The position numbers and the translations under genes are program-made. Below the pieces are notes generated by a model, which was given only the letters and a program-made list of their open reading frames with translations, had not been told where the DNA came from and did not search any database. From assembly GCF_004010195.1 (NCBI RefSeq), contig NC_057754.1:11703950-11738695 (forward strand): DNA of 34,746 bases, given 5' to 3'. Position 1 is the stretch's first letter; the number at the start of each line of letters is the position of its first letter. Positions 33,640-34,746 of this stretch are shown here, in pieces. The stretch comes from Chiloscyllium plagiosum. Lineage: Eukaryota.

Positions 33640-34370
33640 TGGTTGACAATTTGAATGTGTTGGACTCAGTATTTCATCCAGGAGTCCATAAAGTGTCAAG
33701 TCTGAAGACCAGATATTGTTCTTCCAGCTCGTGCTGAGTCATAGGAACACTGCAGCATGTCAAGGATAGACACGTAGGCATGAGATAAAGGTGCTGTGTT
33801 AAAATAACTGGCAATGGGAAGGTCACAGTCATGCTTGCACATAGATAGAAGGTGTTCTGCAAAGCGATCACTGAGTCTGTGTTTGGTTTTTCCAATGTTG
33901 ATTAGGCCATATTGGGTGCAGTGAATACAATACACAAGATTGGAGGAGATACAGGTGAAATGCTGCTTCATGTGGAAAGACTAATCAGGCTCTCAGATGG
34001 TGAGCAGGGAGATGGTGAAGGGGCAGATGTTGCAGTTTCTGCAGATACATAGGAAGCTGCCAGGGGGATGGCAGGTGGTGTTACTGGTCGTGAAATACAC
34101 TAATGTGTCCTGGAGGGAACAATCCCTATCAAGTGCAGATTGGGGAGTGAGGGGAAGATGTGTTTGGTGGTGACATTCTGCTGGAGTTGTCTGAAGTGGC
34201 AGAGAATGATCCTTTGAATGTGGAGACTAGTGGATGAAAGTAAGGAAAGGGAACCCAATCTTCAAGTGATGAGAAGGAGCGAGGATGGAAGCACAGGTGA
34301 TAGGTTGGATACAGTTGAGGGCTCTGTCAACTACAGTGGGTGGGAAACCACAGTTATGCAAGAAGCAAGC
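33640..34370 (-). mobile_element. Penelope-like GIY-YIG endonuclease region
   Basis: FTCISSNLVYCIHCTQYGLINIGKTKHRLSDRFAEHL and ELEEQYLVFRLDTL. Confidence 0.85.
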
Positions 34371-34372
34371 CA

Positions 34373-34746
34373 TGGCGAAAGTGAGGACTGTAGATGCTGG
34401 AGATTAGAGTCTATAGTGTGGTGCTGGAAAAGCACAGCGGGTTAGGCAACATCCGAGTAGCAGGGAAGTCGATGTTTCAGGCAAAAGCCCCATCAGGAAT
34501 GAGGCTGGGAGACTTGGGATTAGAGTCTATAGTGTGGTGCTGGAAAAGCACAGCGGGTTAGGCAACATCCGAGTAGCAGGGAAGTCGATGTTTCAGGCAA
34601 AAGCCCCATCAGGAATGAGGCTGGGAGACTTGGGGGAGGAGAGATAAATGGGAGGGGTGGGGTTGGGGGGGGTGAAGGTAGCGGAGAGTGTGATTGGTGG
34701 GTGGAAGTGGGGGCAATGGTGATAGGTCGGAGAGGAGGGTGGAGCG
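34373..34746 (-). mobile_element. Family-1 Penelope-like 3' terminus with an exact 116-bp tandem duplication; runs off the window
   Basis: 34402-34517 equals 34518-34633; each copy has a hammerhead remnant with a damaged CTGATGA core. Confidence 0.85.

Overview
Eukaryotic, repeat-dominated genomic DNA from a draft assembly with three N-gaps (6134-6813, 11699-12055, 15586-16161). The repeat content (CR1-clade LINEs, tRNA-derived HE1/V-SINE-like elements with (AATCT)n tails, Penelope-like elements) points to a cartilaginous fish, probably a shark; this is inferred from the repeat families only. Most of the window is nested, decayed retroelements, and nearly all ORFs in the supplied track are fragments or antisense shadows of them. 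The one host coding sequence is a minus-strand C2H2 zinc-finger array (~26225-27814, ~17-18 fingers) broken by two +1 frameshifts and several stops. There are two promoter-like islands: 19.6-20.2 kb (CCAAT/GC-box modules) and 29.1-29.3 kb (59-bp tandem repeat with NRF1/YY1-like words). The most striking signal is a minimal hammerhead-ribozyme motif (CUGANGA-A-stemII-GAAA-NN-UH). It occurs about ten times, in four sequence-divergent Penelope terminal-repeat families, with compensatory changes in stems I, II and III. Many copies sit in short foldback cassettes with 10-17 bp target-site duplications, and two perfect copies face each other inside the CpG-rich promoter.
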